From: the human T2T-CHM13v2.0 reference genome, Homo sapiens
Length of the DNA: 64,000 nucleotides
Reading direction: 5' to 3' (one strand)
Assembly: GCF_009914755.1 (NCBI RefSeq)
Contig: NC_060930.1
Shown: positions 1-13,190 of the stretch, piece by piece
Position numbering within the stretch: position 1 is the stretch's first letter
How the letters are laid out: every line of letters begins with the position of its first letter
Notes under the pieces: generated by a model
Seen by the model: the letters and a program-made list of their open reading frames with translations, nothing else
Databases searched by the model: none
What the model was told of the DNA's origin: nothing
Made by a program: the position numbers and the translations under genes

Positions 1-2128
1 ATGGAGTGCAAGGTGGGAGGAGGGATAAGGAAGGACCTGGATCTTCCTAATGGAACTGCAGTGGGTGGCGGGGGAGGGGGGGGAGGCGTGGTGTCAAGAA
101 AGGATTATCCAGGAACTGACATCTGAGAAGTTTCTAGAAGGAATTCCCCAGGTGAATAAAAAAACAAGTCAGTGTGAATAGGAGAAGAGATGCCTCAACA
201 TTCCTTAGGGGTTAAGGGTTAGCAGTTTCGAGTTCTGAATCCAAGTTGTGCCTCTGTCATTGGAAACTTTAAGACTTCATGACCTCGCTTGACTTCTTGA
301 ACATCTCTGTTTTCTCAGGTATAAAACGAGACTCCCTAAGGTGGCTTATCTTCTGTTTCTAGCATGTTATGAATGAAGGTGTTGGATTGGACTGGAAATT
401 AGATAACTTGGGTTTATGTCTGAGCCCTCCTACTAACTTGAGTAAGGCACTTCATTCTTCTGACTTCACTTTTTCCTTCCATTAAAATGACCAGTTGAGT
501 TTGTAATCTAAGAAAGAGCGTTTCTAGGTTGATTTACCTTTGACCTTCATCCAAGGCAGCAAAAAGGTTAATCTTAAAGGAAGGGGTACTTCCATTATTT
601 TTTCCTATTCTTCTTTCTCCCTGATGCCATCTGAAAATGGCTCAACTGACTGGTTTTACAGGTGGATCCTGGGGATACTATTCTACACAGAGGACTAATT
701 CACAAAGTTCCCTAAATGCATTATTCTAAGTATCTAAAGTTCTTTGCTATTTTGGCCCTGCCAGCCTTTTACATCTCATTCCTTCTTCACACCCTACATC
801 CTAGCCACACTGAAGAATCTCCCGGGGTCTGTGTCCTGCCCGGCTTCTGGTGTCCCTGGCTTTCTTGTGCTCTTCTCTCAGGCTGAAACATCCCTTCTCC
901 TATTTACACCCGGCTTGTTTTTTTCTCCCCCTGGGGAATTCCTTCTAGAACCTTCTCACTTGTCAGTTCCTGGATAATCCTTCCTTGATGGCCCCCACCC
1001 CTAGTTCCATTAGGAAGATCTAGGTCCCTCCTTATCCTTTCTCCACCTTTCCACTCCATAGCTGTATCATAATATGTACCACAGGACGTTGCAGCTCGCC
1101 GACCCTGGGGGCCCCTCTGACTGACTGTCAGTTCCTTCAGCGCAGGCTGTGTGCCTTGGCGCTTATCACAATATCTAGCTCCTCCACCTGGAATGAAAAG
1201 GTGAGTGAATACAACTTACAGTCAGCTTGAGAAAGTGAAGCTAAGGCACAGGGAAGCCAGGAGCCAACCTGCCCTAGGTCGAGCAGGGCTCCCACGGTGA
1301 GATTCCCCAGACTGAGCTGTAAGAAATCTGCCCATGAACCACATGAGCTCAAGTCCTTCCAGTGCTGTTTTGTTCTTGAAGCAGTGCATTTTGGGGCAGA
1401 GTAGAGGAGCAGATGCATCTCTTCCAAACCCCAACAGGACGGGGGCAAGGGCTGGACACATCCCAGAAACGAGAGGCATGTCATGCTCATGCTGTTCCAT
1501 GTGGTGGCTCCAGAGATGGTGTTGCTGTGTGGCTCATGGTGACATGGCCCTGCCTGTCACTCTGTGGCCCCAAATGGCATGTACCCAATGACAGACGTGT
1601 ATGTCAAACCACGAAAGACAGCAGCCTGGGGGAGCTTGGGGCAGCTTCAGCAGATCTGAAATAAGATGTCAAAATCGGCCCCTAGAAGCTGGGTATGTTT
1701 TTGGCCTCACCATCCTGCTCCTCCAGGAGTCAATTCTCAGCCAGCTCTGTGCCACCACACTGGTGGGCCACTCTGCTAGGCCTGGCAGGTGTGAGAAGGG
1801 CCTCAGAGCCTTGTGAAGGATCAGGACTTAAGACACCACATCCTTCAGTACCCTGCCGTCTTATCTGGATCCTCTGGGGGCTGACCTTAAGGGCGAGATG
1901 GTGGAAGAGGAACTGTCTACTTTGCAGTTACTCTACCCAAAGCTCCCTACACCTAGGAACCCCCTACACCTACACCTACACTCTGTGGCATCTTCCCTTC
2001 ATAAGAGTAATTACCAGCACATTGCAGTGGCTGAAATTAACTGAGAACATACGTATCAGGATCTGTGCTAGGCTATTTATAGGATTATCTCATTTAATTA
2101 TCACTATAATCTTATAGAGTAGGTGCTG

Positions 2129-2231
2129 TTTTTTTTTTTTTTTTTTGACGGAGTTTTACTCGTTGCCCAGGCTGGAGTGCAGTGGCATGATCTCGCTCTG
2201 GGATTACAGGCGTGAGCCACCGTGCCCTGCC
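2129..2231 (-). mobile_element. Alu with large internal deletion
   Basis: Poly(T) plus Alu 3' end joined directly to the Alu 5' end; TSD GAGTAGGTGCT(G/A)TT at 2117-2130 and 2232-2245. Confidence 0.9.
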
Positions 2232-3567
2232 GAGTAGGTGCTATTATTGCTTCTATTTTGAAGATGAGATGATCCAGTCTAAATTAGTCCAGTCCCTTGC
2301 CCATGTTTCCTCAACTAATGAGTGTTGAGGCAGGGACTCAGACACAAGCTTTAATGTGCTTTTAGCCACACGATACTGCATCATGCAAGACCTGGAGAGA
2401 CCATGGGAGCAAGGACAAGCGGGATCAAATGGAGCCAAGCGATGCAAGGGTACCTGTGGGAGCCCCATCACAGGGGCCTCGTGTTCCTCCCTTGACCCGG
2501 ACAATAAGAAACCAAAAGAAACTGGCTGGGACATTTCTCACTTCACTCCCTCAGACTGAGTGTAGGATCAGGCTCACATAAACAGAGTTCTCTTGGCTAC
2601 TAAGAGGCACTATCTGAACTCAAAGAAGGAGTGTGTAACCATAACAACAATGATACAACCCGATCTCTTCCCCCATAGAAAGAAGAGAGCTTTATGTTAA
2701 AGAACTATTTATCTGAAATAACTATTGAACAGGATAGCTTACCATTGACATTCAACTTGGGCAGCAAAAAGCAAGTGGAAAAATTTGGTCGCTGAAATAT
2801 TTTCCATGACCACCTGCCGTCTGGGTGTAGTATGCAAAGGGGACACCATGGGTCAGACAGTTCAGGCCCCCCACTGAGGAGCCATCAGGGCTGGGGTCAG
2901 TAGGTTTGCCATCTGTCAGCATCACTCCATTCTCTAAAACCCTTGGGAGGGTTGCCTTGTCACATCTGTTGAAAGCTATAGTCTCCTTCCTCTTGCACTG
3001 CCTCACTTACAATGTTAGTAAGCAAGCAATTTAAGAAGTGAATTATACTAATTTTGCTTATCCTTGAAGTGTGAAATTTTAGAAGATGGTGCCAAATGAA
3101 TGATCATGTATATTTCTCAGTTCGTTCATGGCTTTTTTTAAAGTTTGTTCATTCTTAAAGACACTTCTATGCTGTGTAAATTTAACTAGAGATGAAAAAT
3201 GGAAGTTGAAAACAATTGTAAAATTATCTAAAAGTACAGGTTTCAGATGCTGATAACCAGAAAAGTAATTTCTATGGACTTGAAACTATAGATCTTTTTG
3301 TCCACATACATTCTAGGCCTATCATTCATTACCTAAATAATATAAAAACCAGCTAGAATATCAGCTGCAACAAATTATCACAAATTTTACTTATGAAACA
3401 AGACTAAACAAAGTTGTCATTGAAGGCAGGGTGGGATCTCATTTCATTTGTGAATTTGAGACTAAAGCTAGTGCATGGATTGTAAAAACTGAATGTGGTC
3501 AAAGTGATCCCCGAAAATTATTTAATTACACCATAAAGAACAGTGTCTATGATATGACATACGCAAC

Positions 3568-3990
3568 ATGTATCAGGCAGCTATTGCTATGACTTTGCTG
3601 CATAACGAGTAACCGCCAACTCTCTGTAGAAAACAATTAAGCATAATATCACCCATGTGCCTGTGGGCCTCTGAGTCAGTTGCAGCATCTCTGTTCCTTG
3701 TGTTTCATTCCAGGGCCTGGGCTGGAGAGACATTGGCTATCCAGGGTGTATTCTTCCCATGGTCATGGCAGATGCACAAAAGTATGAGCCCAGTTCTGTT
3801 AGTGTGCTTTTAGCCTCTTCTTGCATCAACATCTGCTAACAGCCCATTGGCCAAAGTGAGTCACATGACCAAACCCCAAATCAAGGGTCAAGGAAGTACA
3901 TTTCTCACACCACAAGGCCATGGCTAAATGTGGTTGTCTAGCACTACCAGTAAAGAATAAAGAAATGGGACGAATAATTTAATTTATTGC
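3568..3990. mobile_element. Old MaLR LTR (MLT1-type)
   Basis: Typical motifs CCCATTGGCCAAAGTGAGTCACATGACCAAACCC and CTATTGCT...CATAAC. Confidence 0.6.
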
Positions 3991-6145
3991 AATTCAATCC
4001 TTAAGATGCAGTGTTTTTAACCACGTAAAAGACATGGTCCTAGTTCACTCAGGGCAAATTAAATCTGCCCATGATACTGTTTCCCTATGAAGACACTCCA
4101 TTTACTTTATTTTTGAGGGGTCTGTTTCCTTGTTATACGTGCCATCTAATGGTCAGAGGTATCTTTGAGAACTGACCCAGCAGTCCCAACAGTCAACACC
4201 CCCATCCAGAGACTCCCCTAAAGGATCCTTCTCTCTACTAGGCGTTGTTTGATGACTTCTTAGGATCCACTTCTCCATGTTGCCCCAATCCTTGCAGACA
4301 ACCCAAACTCGGTTCCATTCCTGCTCTCCTCCCTCTCCCTTTAGTCCCCTGGTTTTGGGCTGCCTGGGGTGTGACTTCCATTTACCCTTGGCCGTTGGAC
4401 AGCTCTGTCACGATCCGTATTCCAATACTGCCAAAACCCTGGGACTCAGGCTCATCTAGAGTGAGGCTGGTGAGGATAGTCTAACAGTCAAGGTTCATTC
4501 AGGCAAGAAAAGAAAAGGAGAAACCAAGCATTTTAAGCAGAAAGAGATTAAATCCAAGGAAGTACATGATCATTGAGTAGGCCTGGGATTGTCAAGGTCA
4601 GGAAATCTGCTTTCACTAAATCTAGAACAGTAGGAATTAGAGGAAGCTGCCACCCAGACTCCAGCTACCCTGGAGTACCGAAGCAAGAGATTCTCAGGAG
4701 GGCACCTCAGAGCCAAGGGCAGCTGCTACCAATAATTTCAGCTGCTTGCCTGCAGTATGTTGTTCTTGGGGGATATCCCCCCAAAAGCAATAGCGCATTA
4801 TGTCATCTGCATGACAGAATTATTTTCTTCCACTTTTCACTGGGAAGCACTAACTCTGAACCACACTGGGAAAAGAAATTGCAGACTTTGCTCCAGCAAT
4901 GCAGAATACAGTGCAGCAGGGGTCAGGGAGGATGCTGGGTTTACAAAGACCAAGCAGAAAATCCATCACATCCCTTCCCCACATTTAAACTTCCAAACAA
5001 CCACCACTACCACCCCACACTCTGCCTAATGTGATGCCTGATGCATTGAAATGCACCAGTTCTGTCTACCCAATGGGAGAGGCACACAGTCTCATAAGTC
5101 ACGCTATACAGACAGAGGGTGACTTTTAAGATATTACCCAGATAATTACATGAATTTTAAGACTTGCTTGGCACCAGTTGATCAATTTTATATTCATTTA
5201 TCTAAATGAAGACTCATATTCATAGTTGAGGGATTATTTTACTTGAATACTATATCTTTTAAAATATTTGCTGGGGTTATGATGTCAACAGAACCCAATA
5301 GAATATCACACTGAAGTTTTTACAAGTCTCTTCTTTATGGAAGAACCTGAAAAGCCTCTTCAGTTCTACCTAAATGAAGAAGAAAAATTCTTCTGGCACT
5401 TATTTCCCTCCCATACAGTTTCCTGCCTTTGTTCACATACCATTTTATTCCAAAGAAAGCCATGTTGTCTAATCATAAGTCATACTGGAAAACATCAATA
5501 AATATAAACAATTATTCTCATCCCACTCTCTTCAGTATAAGAAGAATCTATAAAATGTATACAATATGTTTGTAACATAAATAAGAGAAATATATATGTT
5601 TATGTATGTGTATATACATATATATATAGCCTTTAAGTAAATTCAGTGATTCTTATATAGTGGTTCTTATGAAGCTAAGAAATTTGAATTCAAAGGCCTT
5701 TGGGGTCCTGGAATTCAACCATTCATCATTTACTCATTTATTCAACAATTACAGATTAGTGCCTGCCCTGTGCCAGGCAAATTTGCTTATGGTTCCTACC
5801 CGCAGTGTGCTCCCAGTGTAGCAGAGGAGTTCACAGTTCTGTTACCAAAGGCTTGAAATTTCCAGACTCGAACAACAACTAGCACACAAAAATTCTCCTC
5901 CCCTAATGGAGTTGAGGAAACTACCCATGTCACCAAATAATTCTTAGCTTTCCTAAAAGAATCACCAAAGAGCTCTTTCAAACTGGTAATGAGATTGGAA
6001 TTCCTAAAATTAAAAATACACCCCACTGCATATGGAGAACAACACTACCAGCAGGTGGCTCCGGCAGGGCCGTCTGACGGACGGGTGAGTCAGGTGCTGG
6101 CAGTCCAGGGCTGAATGTGCTTGGGTCTCCTCAAAGTTGCCTGGC

Positions 6146-6461
6146 TTTTTATTTATTTTTATTTTTTATTTTTTTGAGACAGAGTCTCGCTCTGTTGCCC
6201 AGGCTGGAGTGCAGCGGTGCGATCTCGGCTCCCTGCAAGCTCTGCCTCCCGGGTTCACGCCATTGTCCTGCCTCAGCCTCCCAAGTTGCTAGGACTATAG
6301 GCACCCGCCACCACGCCTGGCTAATTTTTTTTTTTGGATTTTTAGTAGAGACGGCGTTTCACCATGTTAGCCAGGATGGTCTTGCTCTCCTGACCTCGTG
6401 ATCCACCCGCCTCGGCCTCCCAAAGTGCTGGGATTACATGCGTGAGCCACCACGCTTGGCC
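6146..6461 (-). mobile_element. Full-length Alu (Y/S-like)
   Basis: Canonical antisense Alu with T-rich tail; TSD-like CTGGCTTTT on both flanks. Confidence 0.95.
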
Positions 6462-7214
6462 ATGACTGGCTTTTAGGGTGATCAGTGGAGTCTCCAGTGG
6501 TCAGAAATGCCTGAATTCTGCTGATTTTGTTTTGTCAGCAACCTCTTATTGAATCGACTGTTACTTATTTTTATTAACAACAGGTTAATGCTAATGGTTG
6601 TCATAGACTGGGCAACGCAGGTTCTGCATAATATAGATGGGTTCCTGTTTTAAAAGAGGCTACTGTTGTGTCCAACAACAAAGCTGTAAAATCATGGAAC
6701 CAGACTACTCTTCAGAGAGTGACTAGTGCACTGCCAGCAGCTCGCCAGAGAGAGTCACAGAAGGTTGGCTCTGCAAGACAGCTTATATTTCAGAGCATGA
6801 AACCGAGGCCGGGAGGGAACACTTATCCCATGCCCCATACCTGGTTGAAGGCTGAATGAACCCTCAGTTAGTCACGGGCTACCCAGGTGGCCAGTATCCC
6901 TGCTGCACTACACAATAAGCAAAGACACAGCCATGGACATAGTGATGACATAGCCATAGCAATGATTAGAGAATCACTTCTTCTTGGGATCTTAAGAAGG
7001 CTCTGTCAGTTTCCAGTGGTACCATTTCCTTAATCCATGTTACATACTTTTTGGCCATGATTAACAGTGAGTGAGTGTACACTGTATGGCAATGCTGTGA
7101 TAGTACCTTACATAGATTATCTCTCATTATGACATCCCTATTATACAGATGAGGAAACTGATGCTACCAGAGGCTAAATAACTTGCCAAACTTTCTAAGT
7201 TAATATGTAATAGG

Positions 7215-7612
<398 letters not shown>

Positions 7613-9170
7613 TTGTACTTGAAAGCAGACCTGTCTAACCCAAACACCAGGCTCTTAACCATTATCTGTATTGTTAAAGACTCTCAGCAACAAATTATAG
7701 TCTACTCTGTATATTACTGTCCACCACTTCATACATTTCACCTGTTACCAACAGTCTCTCTGAGCTTTGCTTTTGTATATTTCACAGGTTTTTCCTATAG
7801 ATAGCATTGTAATATTTCCATTTAACTCTATCCTTTGTAAAATGACATCACTGGTATGTTTCAAATAGATTTTTAGTCAGCGACAGCTAATGAGCAAAGG
7901 AGCAATGATTAGAGAATCAGTTCTTCTTAAGATCCCAAGATTTGTTCTAACTATTGTGGGGGTAATTCCAGGCTGCATTTCAAACAGTGTTGGCACAGAA
8001 ATTCTTAAAGTGTAAGCCTTCTCTCCTTCCCTCTATGCTTTCTGGATTTCTCTAGGCATACTGGGAACCTGAACTCAAAGTCTTAACACAGAAACTTCTA
8101 AACTACTCACACCTACAGCCTGTAACTCTGACCCGTTCACAAAGGTTAAGTTTTTTATAAATACTATTTTAAAAAATTTTCTCTGAAAAAAAAAGGGGAA
8201 TTTATGGAGTTTTAATACTTTAGCATGTGAGAAACTTAAGGGACCAGGGGGTCTTTTTTAGCTATGAGGCAGTAGGAGTTGAAATAATGTAAATTAGAAC
8301 TATTTTAAGAGGTTGGTCAATCAAGTCAATGGAACCACAAGCTGGACCCTCTCCTTCTTGTGAGCACCAAGACTCCAAGGTCAGGCTGACCAGGAGGCCC
8401 CAGGATAGAAAGTTGGAAAGAGCCTGTGGGTGCGGCAGGTTCTGAGGCTCAATTCAAAAGGAGGTGGCCTCAGCCAGGGGAGAAGCACAGAGGCAGTACA
8501 GGTAGAAGTGGAAATGGGTAGATTACTGGTCAGAAATCTGCCTCTGTATCTGCCTTCACTTCCTACTGGCTGTGTGACCTTGGGCAAATCACTTAACCTT
8601 TCTAAGCTTTAGTCTTCTTATTGGTAAAGTGAGATGTTCTGAGTGGGTGGCTGGCCCACAGCAAAAGCATAATTAATGTGAGTCATTATTACGAGTAAGA
8701 AACAAGTCAGTGGAGACACTGAGGCCTGCACACAAAAGTCCAACAAATCACAAGGCAACAGGGAGAATGGGCTCAGTGTAGAGAGGCCAAGAGTCCTGGG
8801 CCAGCACCACTGGGAAGAGGAGAAGCCCCCTCTTTCTTCTTCTCCATGCCCTGGCCTTCTGCTATGGTACTTGCATTTTTTCAGGTTCTTACCTTCTTGC
8901 TGGGACCTCAGTGGTCTCTTAGCTTCCTGTGACCATCGCCACTCAGATTCATTCTCTTCAGTGCTGCCAGGCAATATTTCCTACAACGCAAACCTGACCA
9001 ACTTTTCATTCTGCTGAAAACTCTTGGACAAGGGTTTTAGCAAGAGCTAGCCCAGACCCTTTGGCATGGCTCATAAACCTTCTGTAACTTGGCAGGTGCT
9101 TTCATTTTTGACTCACCTGTAGGCATGACACACGGGAGAGTCCTGAAAGCCAGAGAAAGGCCATTTTTAC

Positions 9171-9357
9171 ATTGGTGGGGGGCTGGGGGAGGGATAGCAT
9201 TAGGAGAAATACCTAATGTAAATGATGAGTTGATGGGTGCAGCAAACCAACATGGCACATGTATACCTATGTAACAAACCTGCACATTGTGCACATGTAC
9301 CCTAGAACTTAAAGTATATATAAAAAAAGTTGTCATGCAAAAAAAAAAAAAAAAAAA
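9171..9357 (+). mobile_element. 5'-truncated L1PA (3'UTR end + poly(A))
   Basis: GGGGGAGGGATAGCATTAGGAGAAATACCTAATGTAAATG...CCCTAGAACTTAAAGTAT; TSD AAAGGCCATTTTTAC (9156-9170) / AAAGGCCAACTTTAC (9355-9369). Confidence 0.93.
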
Positions 9358-9445
9358 GGCCAACTTTACTTTGTGGCTCGCCAGCTGATAAGACACCTGC
9401 TTGGGGGCAGAGAAACTGCACTTACCTAAGCACTTACTTTTTACC

Positions 9446-9618
9446 CATTCTCACCCTTCATTGCACATTAGAATCACCTGGGGGTGTTTATAAACTACCC
9501 CCAATGCCCAGGCCACACCCCAGACCAATTATGTCAGAGCCTCTGGAGTGGGATGCAGGCATCCCTATTTTTAAGCTCCTCTGGTCATCCCGAGGTGCTG
9601 TCAAGCTGTGGATCACAG
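9446..9618. mobile_element. MER5-family (hAT-Charlie) DNA transposon remnant
   Basis: TGCACATTAGAATCACCTGGGG...CCCAGGCCACACCCCAGACCAATT. Confidence 0.75.
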
Positions 9619-10679
9619 CTATACATACATTTTTGTCTTTCAAAGGAAAGAGTCTTATCACTTGTTTGAAGTCCGAAGACATCAGCCTCAAATCTGAATA
9701 TCAACCACCTGCTAGTTATTGCTGACTTTGGGAGAAACATTGATCAATTTCAGAAAAAGGATGTCAGGGAAGTAAAAGTGCATGACCAATTCAGGAAGTG
9801 GGAGATCAGCCCAGTCTCCTGCAAAGCCCGTGGTTTTACAGAAACCCTCCTGAATGTCAGCGAGCATAAGCCGTCGTGGCATGGGCAGCTCTCGGTGAGC
9901 AGCCTGGCCTTGGTCCAGCTCGGCACAGAAGGACCAGCACAGGGAGGGAGGAAGTGACTCAGGGCTGCCCTCTCCCCGACAACAGGACAGGACTGTAACC
10001 TTTTGTGAAAGGACAGGTAAAAATAGCTGCAGCACTTTAGGAAGAACTCAGAATTTTTAGATTCTGAACCATCTGATTATATAACTGAGGGTAAGTGATC
10101 TGGGAAAGGGCAGGAAACTATTATTTATGGTCTTTTAGTGTCCTGGGTTCGGTGCTGTATGTAGGTCCCAGTTAATCTTCACAATGACCCTGTGAGGTTG
10201 TTGTTTTCCTCTCCTTTTCTGTAAATGAGGAGCCTGCAGGCACTGAGGGGGAGATGATGAACTCGAAATCACCCAGCTTGCAAATGATAGAGATGGGACC
10301 AACCCTGGTGCTGTCGTGTCCCACACCCCATTCTCTGGCTTGACTCTGGCTCAACCCCAACCATGACACATATAGGGTGGCATGAAGTTCTCCAGGAGCC
10401 AGGGCTGCCTGGCTGTATCCTGTATCCTAGTGTTCTTGCAAAGCTGCAGTGAGAGAAAAAGCAGGGCCAGGGGCAGGAATGTCTTAGCTGATGTGAATGG
10501 CTTGTATGCTGTTGGCCCCAAAAGTTTGCTGAAAGGTCTTTAGCAGCGGGATGATCTATCCCACCAGGGGTCCAGGAATTTTCATATGGGAATGCTACTT
10601 ATGGTAGATCTGTGAGGGGGGGAGTAGAACCTAGAAAACAACTTAGAAGACTTTACAGACACTCAGAATGTGGACTTTA

Positions 10680-11760
<1,081 letters not shown>

Positions 11761-12599
11761 GTAGAGAAATGTGTGAAATGGTAGTGAGTCCTCTCCCTCC
11801 ATGGCATAGAGGAATGAGGTAGCTAGGCTGAAGGCACATACCTCAGCCCCATTCTGTGACAATCCTATGCAGGCCCTGGGACCTTTACAAGACAAGCCAG
11901 TAAAAAACCAGCTAAACTTTAGTCATTGTTCACTATAATTCAATGTGAGAAAGATGATCAAGTTAGCGTGTAAGGCAGGTAGGACCTATCAGAGGATGAG
12001 ACATCTAAGTTAGTTCTCTTGTTTGAGGACCCTAAATAATATTTTTAAAATAATAAAGAAGCACATACTGTCATCTATTTCAAATGTTTAGGTTTGACAC
12101 CTTTCACACACACTCACACAATGACCATCTCTTGATGCCATTTGGAAATCATGTCCTTCATGAATTACATCACCCCACAACCTTGGCCCATGTTCCATTA
12201 TGGACTGCTGGGCACACTGCAGATTTCCCAGCTGGAGAAATAATAAAGCCAGTTCCTGCCTCCTATTCTGTTTCTTTTCTATCCCACCCCAGAGTATAGC
12301 TATAGAGATAAGGAAGGCACACAGAAGTAATGATTCTCTTGCAGCAGTAATTGCCCTGACATTTGCTCACCTATCTGTACCCACTTTCTCTGCCTTCCCA
12401 CCCAGGACCTCAGATTTCCTATCGATGCTCTTATCAAAACCATCCTACCACTTCATGCTAAACGACACCTCCTCTAACAAACCCAGAAACATTCTTCCAG
12501 AAATCCTTTTGCTACATCATTAATTTTTCTTCTCTTTGGGATCATTGACATTAGCATAAAATGTCTTATTATCTCTCTCACTAAAAATTCCTTTCCAAA

Positions 12600-12740
12600 T
12601 ACCTGTAGAGTACTATGTTCACTGTTTAGGTGATGGGTTCACTAGAATTCCAAACCCCAGCATTATGCAATATATCTGTGTAACAAACCTGCACATGGAA
12701 CCCCTGAATCTTTAATAAAATAAAATAAGATAAAAAATAA
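12600..12740 (+). mobile_element. L1PB-like 3'-end fragment
   Basis: GTACTATGTTCACTG...TGTAACAAACCTGCACATG...AATAAAATAAAATAA. Confidence 0.75.
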
Positions 12741-12868
12741 AGTTAAAATGATAAAATAGATTCCAGCTGCATAAGGATTTAGAGAAGAAGAACAAGATGA
12801 TTTTCAAACACAAGCATTTGTGGAGATTGAAATTTTTAAAAATAATTGTGTACCATGTTACCATATGC

Positions 12869-13022
12869 AGAATAAAACTTTCAAAATTAGTAGCGAACAA
12901 TAAAGAAAGCTAATTTATGTTTTTAAAAATGTTTCCTTAAAAAAGAATAAAACTTTCAAAGTTAGTAACTAACAATAAAGAAAGCTAATTTATGTTTTAA
13001 AAAATATATTTTCCTTAAGAAA
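12869..13022. repeat. Two-copy ~75-bp tandem duplication
   Basis: AGAATAAAACTTTCAAA.TTAGTA..AACAATAAAGAAAGCTAATTTATGTTTT starts at 12869 and again at 12944. Confidence 0.9.
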
Positions 13023-13190
13023 AACTAGAGCAGAGATAAATGAACTGGAAAATAGAAAAATAATATGAAAAATCAAAAAAATCAAAAAAAGTTGGTTATT
13101 TGAAAAGATCAACATAATTGACAAACCTTTAGCTACATGAATTAAGGAAAAAAGACCACTCAAATTTCTATAATTAGAAATGAAAGTGGG

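Noticed and set aside
6117-6401. Alu-derived ORFs (also 7304, 11234, 16302, 18166, 24406, 28151, 51622)
   Set aside because: Typical antisense Alu translations ([13 protein letters not shown]..., [20 protein letters not shown]), not genes
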